This document shows, piece by piece, positions 38,505-48,545 of a DNA stretch of 64,000 nt. The stretch spans positions 42,880 to 106,879 of the forward strand of contig JANNBC010000013.1 of NCBI GenBank assembly GCA_031385045.1. The letters are read 5' to 3'. The notes below the pieces were generated by a model. The model was not told where the DNA came from. It saw only the letters and a program-made list of their open reading frames with translations, and searched no databases. The position numbers and the translations under genes are program-made. The stretch comes from a bacterium. GTDB taxonomy: Bacteria > Bdellovibrionota_C > UBA2361 > CALJRW01. Each line of letters starts with the position of its first letter. Position 1 is the stretch's first letter.

Positions 38505-39857
38505 TTAAATATTTGCTGAATCAATTATCCTTGGGAGCTCGATCAGCTTCGGCTCAACTAATAGTTCTCTTTTCCATGTTATTTGCTTCTGCCAAGTGCT
38601 CCAAAACCTAAACATTTTATTCCAAACAAGCTGTAGTGATAGCAAAAGATGTTCTCTTCTTTTAATTTGAGAAATAGGTTGATCACTCAAAATTTCGGCA
38701 CAAATTTTGAGTGCCTGCCGATTCTTTAATCCACCAAGACTATGAAATGTCTGACCAGAAGCTGGCCAACAAGAACCATTGGAATGGTGAATTAAACTTT
38801 GACCAATCCAAGCACTTTGCTCGTTAATCAGTTGTGAATTTATATGAGAGCGTACGCTCGCTGAGCTAAGGCCGTTACTGCTCAAGCGATTCTCCAATAA
38901 TAATACTTCTTGATTCTTACCTAACTTTGACCAAGCAAGTTTTAATTTTATAATTGTCGAGAAACAACTTGCAGGATCATTAGAAACTACCAAAATCAAC
39001 TTTGAGCAACAGCGGTACCAAATATTTGAATCTGGAGTTCTAAGTGAAGATGCATCAACTAGAATAAAGTCGAATTCATTACTAGCTAAATCTAAAAGCT
39101 GAGCTAATGTTTTTAGATTTTTAGAACTCGTTTGATTTTGATAATCATCAAAATTTGCCGGAGGTAGCACAAAAAACTCACTACCAATGAAAACAGAAGA
39201 AAGGCAATCGTAAAAATTTTCTTTAGTTAAAGGCTTTGTGCCTTTTAATACTTCACTTAAGTTCTCATTATAATATGGTCGGGCTTGGAGATAGCGACTT
39301 AAATCTTGACTGTCAGAATCTAAATCAATTAAAAGTATTTTTTTTCCAGTAGTTGCTAATGACTCAGCAAGTCCTGCAGAGATTGTTGTAACACCCTGAC
39401 CACCCTTAGCACTGTCAATTAAAACAATCTTTCCTTTTGACCCAGTGACAACTCTCTTAGAAAGAATGATTAGCTTTGTCACAACTTCAAATGCATCTGT
39501 GTCATAAGATATTAAATCATCAGCCCCCAGTCTCGCCAAAGATTCAATTTGGAAAAGCGACCGTGCTCGTTGCCGATCTACAGCAATGATAATGGCAATG
39601 TGGGAAGCTTTATCCTTAATAGTTTTTAACAATCCAGGATCTTGAGTAATTAATTCTTCTCCAACAATATACAGATCCGCAGGTTGATGATAATTGATCT
39701 CTTCAGGCGTTAAGGTGTTTAAGCTAAGATTTGGAACAAACGCTTCTTCCAGAGAACTTAAACCTTCTAAGCTCTGCAAGCTTTCAGAAATCTTCCGATA
39801 CCAGGAATGTCTGCTGGTGGCTGAAGAGTCGAGAATAAGGACGTTAAGCATAAGCAA
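38505..39857 (-). CDS. cpaE: CpaE/TadZ-like MinD/ParA-family pilus localisation protein
   Basis: Degenerate receiver-like N-domain plus AKGGQGVTT deviant Walker A and LLIDLD. Confidence 0.8.
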   Translation of the reverse strand: MLMLNVLILDSSATSRHSWYRKISESLQSLEGLSSLEEAFVPNLSLNTLTPEEINYHQPADLYIVGEELITQDPGLLKTIKDKASHIAIIIAVDRQRARSLFQIESLARLGADDLISYDTDAFEVVTKLIILSKRVVTGSKGKIVLIDSAKGGQGVTTISAGLAESLATTGKKILLIDLDSDSQDLSRYLQARPYYNENLSEVLKGTKPLTKENFYDCLSSVFIGSEFFVLPPANFDDYQNQTSSKNLKTLAQLLDLASNEFDFILVDASSLRTPDSNIWYRCCSKLILVVSNDPASCFSTIIKLKLAWSKLGKNQEVLLLENRLSSNGLSSASVRSHINSQLINEQSAWIGQSLIHHSNGSCWPASGQTFHSLGGLKNRQALKICAEILSDQPISQIKRREHLLLSLQLVWNKMFRFWSTWQKQITWKRELLVEPKLIELPRIIDSANI

Positions 39858-39928
39858 AGTTCTTTGATTTGCTTAATAAGCGTTCTAAATACTAATAAGT
39901 TTCCTAAAGATATAAATTTTTATATACT

Positions 39929-40068
39929 AAAACCCATTGGGTTTTTCTTAACAGCTTGGAAAAAATCTAATAGATTTTTCGGTATTTTGGGTTCTAGTAT
40001 ATTTGTCTTCCCCAGTATTTAGCCTTATAGAATAAGGCTAAATACCTTAGCGGCCCCCAAGGGTCGCT
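39929..40068. promoter_or_regulatory. Cluster of four inverted repeats upstream of the Tad operon
   Basis: IRs at 39929-39945, 39961-39979, 40015-40045 (perfect 14-bp arms) and 40049-40068. Confidence 0.5.
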
Positions 40069-40167
40069 TCAAGTGCTTCGCAATTGATATATTAACCGCC
40101 TTTAAAATTTTTTGTAATTTTTAATGTTGCTTAATATAATCCCCTAATTAATTTTTATTCTTAGAAA

Positions 40168-41139
40168 ATGTTAAAGAAGTTATTTATTTCACCTGAGGCC
40201 AGTCTCTACCAATCCCTAGAACATTCTAATGATTTCTTAAGTACCTATATTTTTTCCTCTCCTGAAAGTCAGGCAATCTGTAACAATCCATTAGTCTTTG
40301 GGATGGAATATACAGAAAAGCTAAAGAGTGCTTGTGCTAAGACCTTTAGCAAATTAAAAGATCTAAGACTTGCTAACTTTCTAGAGCATCAAGTTGTTGT
40401 GCTAAACATTTTGCGTGGTGGATTAAATTTTGGCTTACGAGATGCGCTTCATCAGTCTCTAGGGTTTAATAAACATTCCTCCATTTTTATTAGTGCCCAA
40501 AGACAACAAGCTAAAGATAATAGTTGGATTATTACCGAAGATACTTACAAAAAAATTGATTTACATCCTATTAATCACTTAGTTTTTGGGGATGTTGTCG
40601 CAACAGGAACAAGTCTTTTCCATGGCTTAGATGTTGTCTTTAATTATGCTGCTAGTAAACAACTACAAATTTCTGAAGTAACTTTCTTTACAATTGGCGG
40701 ACCTAGAACAATTGAAATCTGTGAAGAACTTTTTCAAAAATATCACTTAACCTTAAAAATTAAGAAAATAAATATTGTCTTCTTGGAAGGAGTCTTTGTT
40801 GTTGCTGATAAGGACACTCCATATCAAATCAAGATTGATGGAACAGATCTAATCCGACTGGGCGCAACCATGGCACCAGAATTTATTGAGTCTCAAAAAG
40901 AAAACCCGCTCTACCCTTTAGAGCGTTGCACAATCTATGATGCCGGAAGTCGTGCCTACAATGTTCCCGAATACCTTCAGGATGTGATTGAATACTGGGA
41001 ACAAGTAGAAAAGATTGCCGAGAAAACTTCGCTTTTACAGTATGTCCAAGAGCGTACAGATCGACAGCTATTTGGCACCAATATCGATCTTAAATCGATC
41101 TGTCAGGATCATCTTAAGAAATTAAAAAAGTTATTGTAA
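40168..41139 (+). CDS. Phosphoribosyltransferase-fold protein (UPRTase-like)
   Basis: NILRGG and LVFGDVVATGTSL PRPP-binding loop, YDAGSR. Confidence 0.65.
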   Translation: MLKKLFISPEASLYQSLEHSNDFLSTYIFSSPESQAICNNPLVFGMEYTEKLKSACAKTFSKLKDLRLANFLEHQVVVLNILRGGLNFGLRDALHQSLGFNKHSSIFISAQRQQAKDNSWIITEDTYKKIDLHPINHLVFGDVVATGTSLFHGLDVVFNYAASKQLQISEVTFFTIGGPRTIEICEELFQKYHLTLKIKKINIVFLEGVFVVADKDTPYQIKIDGTDLIRLGATMAPEFIESQKENPLYPLERCTIYDAGSRAYNVPEYLQDVIEYWEQVEKIAEKTSLLQYVQERTDRQLFGTNIDLKSICQDHLKKLKKLL

Positions 41140-41165
41140 GCGCAGCCTGATAAGAGCCGGGTCTA

Positions 41166-42539
41166 CTAAGACAACTTACTAAAGACTTGTTCTCTAAATG
41201 CTGGAACTTCTTCTGCTGTTGGGGTTAAGAACATAAATAAGGAATTTCCAGCAATATGATTATGCCCCCAAGGTAAAACTCCAAAAGAAGTTTTTAAGAT
41301 TTGCTCGGGATCCGCCAAGCTTCCTAATTTTTTCACTACTTGATCATAAGTTGTGCCAGCACCTGTTGGATGAGAAAAATAAACAAAGTTTGTTAGCGTT
41401 ACTTCTCTGCCTGGTTGGTATTGTTCAAACCACAATTTGGCCATAGCAGAAGGAGTATTGCCGGTAGGTCTTAATCCGGGATCAAATAAAGTTACTCGTC
41501 CATCTGGCAACTCAAAGTAATCACACATCACAAAGCCAAAAGTATTCGGATCGTGTCTTTTAATTCCATCAACCAGATCAATAATTGCCGGTCCGATTAT
41601 TTCTAATCTCTCTTTAGTAATTGGTAAATTAATATTACCCGCATAGGAAACTTTATCTGGCCCAATAATTTGATTAGTTAATGCAACGACTTGAATATCG
41701 GCACCTTGTTCTAGACTGATAAAAACTTGAAAGCTCTTATTAACTCCCAGGATTTCTGGTTGTAAAACTATTAACGGTGATAAATTGTGAGCCTTAGTAT
41801 TAGTGCGAATCTTCTCAACCAGCGCCTCAAATTCTCTTTGATTCTCAACTCGCCAAACGCCGGCACTGGCGTTCTCTGTATTACAAGTTTTAACATACAA
41901 AACTTTTTCACCTCTACCAGAATAAGCATCATACTGTTCTTTTGTGACTTCAAAAACATTTAAGATTACTTGCTCTGGGGCATACTTAGTTAGTGTATGA
42001 ACATGCTCCTTAGAATTACATCTAACAAATTGATCCTGACGATTGGCAGTAACATCATCAAACCCAGTTCCATAATCATCAATATTATATACTTGGCGAT
42101 TTCTTCGAACTAAGTCTTGTTTTAAGCTAACTAAATCAGAAACATAAATTGGAGAATCTTTGCCAAGAAAACCAGCTGACTGCAAATAGCCAATCGCAGT
42201 TAAATCTATTCCTGGATAAATTTTTTCCTGACCATCCGATCCACGCTTATGATATTCGGCCGGTAAGTAAACAGAATTTCTTCGCGGGTCAGTAATATAA
42301 ACAGCGGAGAGTGGCATTACCAATTCGGCACCAGGCCCATGCAATTCAGAATAACAATTTCTAACACCCTGACGAGTCTCATCAAATTTAGATGTATTAA
42401 AAATAAAACTGACATCATATTTGGCAACCGCTGATAAGAGTCCTTGGTATGTCGGTGCGGTTAATCTGGCAAGCGGGCTTGCTTCTGGGAAAAAGCGAGT
42501 GGGAGTATTTCTATTATGCGCTAAAGGATTCATATACAA
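41166..42539 (-). CDS. Divergent ATP-grasp fold protein
   Basis: NSKE, LYVKT...SAGVWRV, VLQPEI, CDYF...LFDPGLR pattern of ATP-grasp ligases. Confidence 0.6.
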   Translation of the reverse strand: MYMNPLAHNRNTPTRFFPEASPLARLTAPTYQGLLSAVAKYDVSFIFNTSKFDETRQGVRNCYSELHGPGAELVMPLSAVYITDPRRNSVYLPAEYHKRGSDGQEKIYPGIDLTAIGYLQSAGFLGKDSPIYVSDLVSLKQDLVRRNRQVYNIDDYGTGFDDVTANRQDQFVRCNSKEHVHTLTKYAPEQVILNVFEVTKEQYDAYSGRGEKVLYVKTCNTENASAGVWRVENQREFEALVEKIRTNTKAHNLSPLIVLQPEILGVNKSFQVFISLEQGADIQVVALTNQIIGPDKVSYAGNINLPITKERLEIIGPAIIDLVDGIKRHDPNTFGFVMCDYFELPDGRVTLFDPGLRPTGNTPSAMAKLWFEQYQPGREVTLTNFVYFSHPTGAGTTYDQVVKKLGSLADPEQILKTSFGVLPWGHNHIAGNSLFMFLTPTAEEVPAFREQVFSKLS

Positions 42540-42601
42540 CCTAAAGATAAACTCTAGGAACTATATAGATAAACTAACGTTAATCAAGAAGGCTATGGGG
42601 C

Positions 42602-43327
42602 TTAAAGACTTTCTAGGAAACTCAATATTTGATCAGTAAAATCAATATTTAAACCTTCATGATGGCTATATTCAGGGTGGAATTGAACTAGGATAATTTT
42701 AGCAGTTGGATCTTTAGATTCGAGTATCTCCACAATCCCATCATTAGATTTTGCTACAACTTGAAGGCTTGGGGCAATCTCTCGAACAGCTTGATGATGT
42801 CTACTAGCAACTGCTTGAACTTTTGATGTATTTAATTTTTTAAAAAACCAAGAATCTTGATCAAATTGAATATCATGGTAGTGACTCCTCCAATCTTCAT
42901 ATTCATTATGACGATCGGAATTAGTCTGTTCTTTGATATCAAAATATAGTGAGCCACCTAAGCAATAATTTACAAACTGCATTCCACGACAAATTCCAAA
43001 GACTGGTTTTTTTAGTTCTAAGGCTGATTTTAATGATTGATGTTCAATATAATCACGATAATTCTCGGGCCACTTCGTTCGATATTTAATTTTTTCAGCT
43101 TCACTTAAAGGATGCCCAAAATAACTGGGGTTAATATCGGCACCACCTGCAAATACCAGTAAATCAAAATCACTTAGTTTTTGATGATTATCAATAATAA
43201 TCTGATTTGCTTGTTCAAGACTGTCTGCCCAGGAATCAAAAACTTCCACCTTAGAATTAGTTCTTTCTAACCACTTAGTATAAAGACCTAAGTCATACTC
43301 TGATTTAAGTAGTGCTATTTTTTTCAT
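42602..43327 (-). CDS. Gamma-glutamyl-gamma-aminobutyrate hydrolase family (peptidase C26) protein
   Basis: GGADINP, GICRGMQ (catalytic Cys), SRHHQAV, VQFHPE. Confidence 0.9.
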   Translation of the reverse strand: MKKIALLKSEYDLGLYTKWLERTNSKVEVFDSWADSLEQANQIIIDNHQKLSDFDLLVFAGGADINPSYFGHPLSEAEKIKYRTKWPENYRDYIEHQSLKSALELKKPVFGICRGMQFVNYCLGGSLYFDIKEQTNSDRHNEYEDWRSHYHDIQFDQDSWFFKKLNTSKVQAVASRHHQAVREIAPSLQVVAKSNDGIVEILESKDPTAKIILVQFHPEYSHHEGLNIDFTDQILSFLESL

Positions 43328-43342
43328 TATTTTAAAGGCCTA

Positions 43343-44800
43343 CTAAAGGATAGTAAAACTTCGCTGTCTTAAAAGTGCCGCATTGTGGATCGACTGGCTA
43401 ATGAATTGATCGATGGGCTGATTTCGATCTTGTCTTAAATCTTCAATTACAGACTGAAAAGAGGGATTGCTTGGATCGAATGGTTCAACCCCAGAGGAAC
43501 TATGAATTCTACTAAAGACAGTAAGGTACCGGCTACTTTGCTTGCTACTTAAAGTTACATCCAAAGTCTTACCAGTTTCTTTGGAAATATAGGAAATTGT
43601 TTTGCTACCTGCCGGCTCTAAGACAACATAAACATTATTGGAACTTAAATGTCCATTAGAGGAAGTCTCTCCAAAGGTCGCTCTTAATTGCTTTCTGAGT
43701 GCATGCAAGCCTCTTTCAGAATTAATTTTACTAATATCTAGAGATGATACTGGAATAGAAAAAGAAGCTAAATAATGAGACTCCAAACCAGATAACAGCT
43801 CTGAAGCTTTCAGTGGATCAATTACTGTAAGCAATGCGCCTTCATCTAATTTAACAAAATCTTGATAAGACAAGCGTTCAGACTTCGCTACCTTTTTGAA
43901 TTCATTATAAAGAATCTCCTTCGCAAGTAAGACATAAGGATTAAAAGTATTAGCTTGGAAATGATTGAAGCGAATGTGAGAAAGGGAGGAAGCTTCTTTA
44001 TCGGAAAGTGACAAGCCATTTGATCCAATGGAGACATCATTAATAATGCTATTGAGATGACCAAAGTTGTAGACGGTACAATAGCGCGCCGGATCAGACG
44101 ATAAGTCACAAGTAAGGTAGGAGACCCGATCTGCTAATTCTTTTATGTTAAATAAAACATCATAAACAAAGGCTTGCTTGCGTTGCACAAACCATTCTCG
44201 GTCTTCGGCAATAACATGAGCCACAACCTCTGGATCAATTTTATTTTTAAGAAGAGTAGCCCTTAAGGGAGTATCCAAGATTACTTTTTTAGCTTCAGGA
44301 TCGTGATCAAAATCTTTTCTCTGAAAAGCAATTCGAATAATTTTCTCGCCAGTATGATTAAATGGTGGATGAGCAATGTCATGAAGCAGCGCTGTAGTGA
44401 CAGCCAACTTCGTTAAATCATAACCAACATTCCGAAAACGATCCTCAGCTTCTTGCGAGACTGAATATTCTGCAAAAAACTTAGCGCAAGCTGCCGCCTG
44501 AATTGAATGGAGGTGTCGACTTGAGGTTTGAAAAGCATTACCTCTAGTAAATTTGGCAATCATCTGAGATACGCCAGTCAACCTTTGAAACTCAGCACTC
44601 TGAACTATTTCACCTACTGGCTCACCAAGATATTTAGTAAAAAATTCGATACTTCTTGGAGATAAGTTTGTGGTTAGGGATTTTGGATTAAAATTAGTGT
44701 CTAAATGGAACAAACCGCGGAGAATATGAAGACTTTCAGATTTAGCAGATAAACGCTCAAACTGTTCCAGTACTCTTACATTATCTCCGTGTTTAATCAT
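43343..44800 (-). CDS. HD-domain phosphohydrolase, dNTP triphosphohydrolase (SAMHD1/Dgt-like) family
   Basis: FQRL..VSQ, SRHLHS, ALLHDIAHPPFNH.GE, ADRVSYL. Confidence 0.75.
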   Translation of the reverse strand: MIKHGDNVRVLEQFERLSAKSESLHILRGLFHLDTNFNPKSLTTNLSPRSIEFFTKYLGEPVGEIVQSAEFQRLTGVSQMIAKFTRGNAFQTSSRHLHSIQAAACAKFFAEYSVSQEAEDRFRNVGYDLTKLAVTTALLHDIAHPPFNHTGEKIIRIAFQRKDFDHDPEAKKVILDTPLRATLLKNKIDPEVVAHVIAEDREWFVQRKQAFVYDVLFNIKELADRVSYLTCDLSSDPARYCTVYNFGHLNSIINDVSIGSNGLSLSDKEASSLSHIRFNHFQANTFNPYVLLAKEILYNEFKKVAKSERLSYQDFVKLDEGALLTVIDPLKASELLSGLESHYLASFSIPVSSLDISKINSERGLHALRKQLRATFGETSSNGHLSSNNVYVVLEPAGSKTISYISKETGKTLDVTLSSKQSSRYLTVFSRIHSSSGVEPFDPSNPSFQSVIEDLRQDRNQPIDQFISQSIHNAALLRQRSFTIL

Positions 44801-44990
44801 AAATTAACCGAATTTTAAATGTAATTAAATTTGTACATTAATTTGGCATTTATGCAAATCATACATCTGATATAAGTTAGTTATTATTGAAGTACAAAGG
44901 TTCAAATGCTGACCAAACAACTGATATCAAGAGCGCTAACTTGATGAGCGATCTACTTTAACGTTAAGAAAAAATTGGCAACCTCGTTTT

Positions 44991-45524
44991 CTAAAACCCC
45001 TCCGTAAGGCTCTCAGCTTTTTGCATAATTGCTAAGCTCTTAGAATCAATCAGTTTATTTTGAGCAATTAAGTCTCGAATTTGGGATTTATTTAAAATGA
45101 CTTTTTCAATTACCTCTCCCTCATCTAGTTCAAGCTGACTAGGCACTAGATCTTCAGCTAAGTAACAATGAATGATTTCATTACAAAACCCTGGAGTTGG
45201 GAAAATGTGTCCTAAACTTTTTATAGAATTTGCCTTATAACCGATTTCTTCTTGTAGCTCTCTTTGCGCACACTCGATTAGATCCTCTCCTGGTTCGATC
45301 GTCCCAGCTGGGAATTCATAGATTTCTTGCTGAATTGCATGACGGTACTGCTTTATCATCACGTAGGTATCGCTACTAAGTTTAGGGATAATCAAGACTG
45401 CGCCTGGATGTTCAATTAAATCACGACGATGAACGGAACCATCGGGATGTTCAAAAAATTGCTTTTTAACTGGGAAACGGAATTCCTCAGTAATAGTTTC
45501 TGTTTTTAAAAGTTTGATTTTCAT
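44991..45524 (-). CDS. NUDIX hydrolase (ADP-ribose pyrophosphatase-like)
   Basis: HPGAV, QYRH, PAGTIEPGE..CAQRELQEEIG Nudix box. Confidence 0.92.
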   Translation of the reverse strand: MKIKLLKTETITEEFRFPVKKQFFEHPDGSVHRRDLIEHPGAVLIIPKLSSDTYVMIKQYRHAIQQEIYEFPAGTIEPGEDLIECAQRELQEEIGYKANSIKSLGHIFPTPGFCNEIIHCYLAEDLVPSQLELDEGEVIEKVILNKSQIRDLIAQNKLIDSKSLAIMQKAESLTEGF

Positions 45525-45619
45525 TGTGGTTGGTTAAGATAGGAAGTAGAATATAAATGATTCAAATTTCGTTCTCCTCATTAAAAATAACAAAATCTGA
45601 ATTTTATAAGAGAAATCAC

Positions 45620-46120
45620 ATGTTAAAAACTAAAATCGTTACCAGTCTTAATAAACAATTAAATCGTGAATTACAATCAGCTTATAAATATACGGGAATG
45701 GCTGTGTATTGTGATAATAATAAACTGCCTGGATGCGCCCAGTGGCTGAAGCTTCAATCTTCTGAGGAACGGGTTCATGGAATGAAGATTTATCATTATC
45801 TTACTGAGCTTGGTGAGCAAGTAGAAATTTCGGCAATTGATACTCCAAAGCAGAAATTTAAAAATATCAAAGAAGTCTTTGAAGCAGCGTTGCAAGCAGA
45901 AGAAGATATTACGGCAAACTTAGTTGACTTAACTAACCTAGCACTCTCTGAAAAAGATCAACTAACTTACAACTTCATGCAATGGTTCCTCCAAGAACAA
46001 GTCGAGGAACTGGCTACTACTCGCTCAGTAATCGATGATATTGATAAGCTCGGCACTTCAGGGGTTGGGCTATTTATGTTAGATGAAAAACTAGCTGGGC
46101 GCGCAGTACCGCAATCGTAA
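45620..46120 (+). CDS. ftnA: Non-heme ferritin
   Basis: LNKQLNREL.SAY.Y, EER.H.MK, E...T, FMQWFLQEQVEE ferroxidase motifs; likely start ATG 45620. Confidence 0.92.
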   Translation: MLKTKIVTSLNKQLNRELQSAYKYTGMAVYCDNNKLPGCAQWLKLQSSEERVHGMKIYHYLTELGEQVEISAIDTPKQKFKNIKEVFEAALQAEEDITANLVDLTNLALSEKDQLTYNFMQWFLQEQVEELATTRSVIDDIDKLGTSGVGLFMLDEKLAGRAVPQS

Positions 46121-46151
46121 GCATTTTTACTACGTTCTACCACTAAAGTTT

Positions 46152-46180
46152 TTGCAAAAGCATTAAGCCCTTGCTATATT
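46152..46180 (+). promoter_or_regulatory. Sigma70-type promoter, probably leaderless
   Basis: TTGCAA-N17-TATATT with extended TG, 6 nt before GTG 46187; no SD. Confidence 0.55.
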
Positions 46181-46186
46181 GCCATC

Positions 46187-48127
46187 GTGCTTACATTAAC
46201 CAAAAACCACTACCTCACTGTTACTCTCATAATACTTTTTAGCTTAGCGCTAAGATTACCACTTCTTGGAAGTGGCATTCCATATTTTTATGATGAAGAC
46301 GAAGCGCACCACTTCAATCGCCAAGTACAAATGCTTCAAACTGGAGAGCTTAATCCCAAATATTTTTTAAAGCCTAGTTTAAATTTCTATCTCCGCCTAC
46401 CAGCAATCTCTGCTGGCTTTCTCTGGTCTGTTAAAAAAGAACAGGCTAGATCAATCCAAGATGTGCGAACTAAAGATCCTTATGGAATTGGTGGATATAA
46501 CTTTACAGTTTCACACCCAGCAACATTAAAAGCCGACCGCATTTTTTCTATAATTATTGGCTTACTAATCATAGTATCCGTTTATTATTTAACACTACTC
46601 CTAACTAGTAACGCGCTACTGGCAACCCTTAGCTCACTACTAACATCAATGGCGCCGCTATCTTTGGAGTACGCAACAAGTATTGGAGTTAACCAACCAA
46701 CCGCCTTGTTTTGTATCTTAACAATCTTAGCTGGGACTCTTTATTATCGTAATCCAAAAATTCGAACGATCTGCTTAACAGCAATCTTTTCGGGATTGGC
46801 AATTTCTACTAAGTACAACGCCTTACCAATTGTTCTTGTTCCTTTGGTTTGCTGTCTCTTAGTTCGGCCTAGTCTTTGGAAAATATTTATTGCACTAGTA
46901 CTTCCTTGGATAACTTTTATTGCTGGGTCTCCATACATCCTAAAAGAGTTACCACTATTTCTTGATCACCTTGCCTTTGAAGTTTGGCATTACGGAGTGG
47001 CTGGACATGTGCATCATCAAGCGGAGCCTGGAATGGCGCAATTGCTCTACTATCTAGGAACGCTTAGCCTTTATGATTTAGGAATTATTCCCTTAACAAT
47101 TGCCTTAATTGGCATCGTCTATGGATTACAAAAAAAGAATCGCGAGCTAATCCCATTAATTGTTTTCTTTGTTGGATACATGGCTTTAATGATTTCCCAA
47201 AAAGCTAATTTCAATCGCAATCTGCTATTAGTGCTACCATTGATTCCAGTATTAACTGCTATTGGAATACAATATTTATTCATATTGTTAAAAGGAAGAA
47301 CAACTCGTCTCTCAATTATCTTTTTAATTTTAATCCAACCTGCAATACTTAGTATCTATCAGATTCAAAAATCAAAAATTTCTGATAGTCGTAATGATGC
47401 TTATGAATATCTTCATGCCACAGGGATGAACACCTCTCGTTTGGCAGTAGATGGCAATTTATGGCTTCCAAAGTTTACTAAATATGTTGCCCGCAAAGAA
47501 GTCTTAACTAGACCTGGAACAGCGCGTGTCAATCTAGACAAAGAGCAGCTAATTAATCTTTTCTTAAAAGGTTATCAAGAAGTATTAATGCCGGGATATC
47601 ATCAACTTTCAAACTTAGAGAAAACAATTGTTAGTACTAAAATCTTCTTCCCTGGAGACTTAGAAAAGAAACGGATTGTAAGCAATCCTGAGATTCAATT
47701 ACTGACATTTAATCAAAATGAGATCTATCGCAACTTAGATCAACTAAAGATTGCCAGCCTTGATTTTAAATTCAAAGATAACCTTTGTTATTTAGAGGCT
47801 GACAAGTTTAATGAATTCTGGCTTGATCAAAAGATTTACTACTTAAACTTGGAGCAATGCTTAAAAGCTGATCAACAAAGAGTAAAGATATACTTTGAAT
47901 ATTTTTCACCATGGCTTCCGCAGAAGCTAGGCTTAGTAATTCCAGAGGAATTCAAAGTTAACTTTCCAATAAATAGCCAAGAAGGTAAAATTGAGATTGA
48001 ACTTGGCAAAAAGGAACTAAATTTAGGAAAACTTTATTTAGTAATTAATCAACTAAACTCCCCGGAAGAGTTAGGATTATCCACAGATGACCGTAATCTT
48101 GGAATTAAAATTCTTGCCAAGAATTAG
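46187..48127 (+). CDS. ArnT/PMT-like (GT39/GT83) membrane glycosyltransferase
   Basis: YDEDE acidic loop after TM1, GLAISTKY, multiple TMs, C-terminal DDRNLGI. Confidence 0.8.
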   Translation: MLTLTKNHYLTVTLIILFSLALRLPLLGSGIPYFYDEDEAHHFNRQVQMLQTGELNPKYFLKPSLNFYLRLPAISAGFLWSVKKEQARSIQDVRTKDPYGIGGYNFTVSHPATLKADRIFSIIIGLLIIVSVYYLTLLLTSNALLATLSSLLTSMAPLSLEYATSIGVNQPTALFCILTILAGTLYYRNPKIRTICLTAIFSGLAISTKYNALPIVLVPLVCCLLVRPSLWKIFIALVLPWITFIAGSPYILKELPLFLDHLAFEVWHYGVAGHVHHQAEPGMAQLLYYLGTLSLYDLGIIPLTIALIGIVYGLQKKNRELIPLIVFFVGYMALMISQKANFNRNLLLVLPLIPVLTAIGIQYLFILLKGRTTRLSIIFLILIQPAILSIYQIQKSKISDSRNDAYEYLHATGMNTSRLAVDGNLWLPKFTKYVARKEVLTRPGTARVNLDKEQLINLFLKGYQEVLMPGYHQLSNLEKTIVSTKIFFPGDLEKKRIVSNPEIQLLTFNQNEIYRNLDQLKIASLDFKFKDNLCYLEADKFNEFWLDQKIYYLNLEQCLKADQQRVKIYFEYFSPWLPQKLGLVIPEEFKVNFPINSQEGKIEIELGKKELNLGKLYLVINQLNSPEELGLSTDDRNLGIKILAKN

Positions 48128-48545
48128 TCTCTCCAGTGTTAAAGACTTGCCGTAACTGTTTGTTTTGAAATACTTCTACTGGATTAATTGGTAATTGGTT
48201 TAACGCAATATATTTTAAATCTTGTAACTTAGTTTTTCCAGTGGCAACAAGGGCATTTGGTATGTCCATTTTAAATGGACTCTCAGCAACATTTGCCAAC
48301 ATCTTATCGACCTTCTGGCCAACATCTCCAAAACTAAGAGCACCTTCGGTTAAGATGGCTTGATGAGTTGGGATTTGATAAGTTTGTAATTGGCTGATTG
48401 CAAATTCTCTTACACCGGGCAGAAACAAATCAGCCTCTGCAAGCATCCAATGGAACACTTGAACAGTAAGTACGATTTTGAAAATGAATTTAAAGAGTGT
48501 AAACATGTCTTCCTTGAAAAATGTTACCAAACAACTGCTATACAT
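48105..48545 (-). CDS. Hypothetical protein
   Basis: ORF with N-terminal hydrophobic segment; start probably at MFTLF. Confidence 0.5.
   Translation of the reverse strand: MYSSCLVTFFKEDMFTLFKFIFKIVLTVQVFHWMLAEADLFLPGVREFAISQLQTYQIPTHQAILTEGALSFGDVGQKVDKMLANVAESPFKMDIPNALVATGKTKLQDLKYIALNQLPINPVEVFQNKQLRQVFNTGETNSWQEF

Noticed and set aside
39929..40080. c-di-GMP/cGAMP riboswitch upstream of the Tad operon
   Set aside because: Conserved GEMM core motifs could not be identified by eye; reported only as an unexplained structured leader.
45553..45580. Fur box upstream of ferritin
   Set aside because: Only a weak partial match (AATGATT...) in AT-rich DNA.
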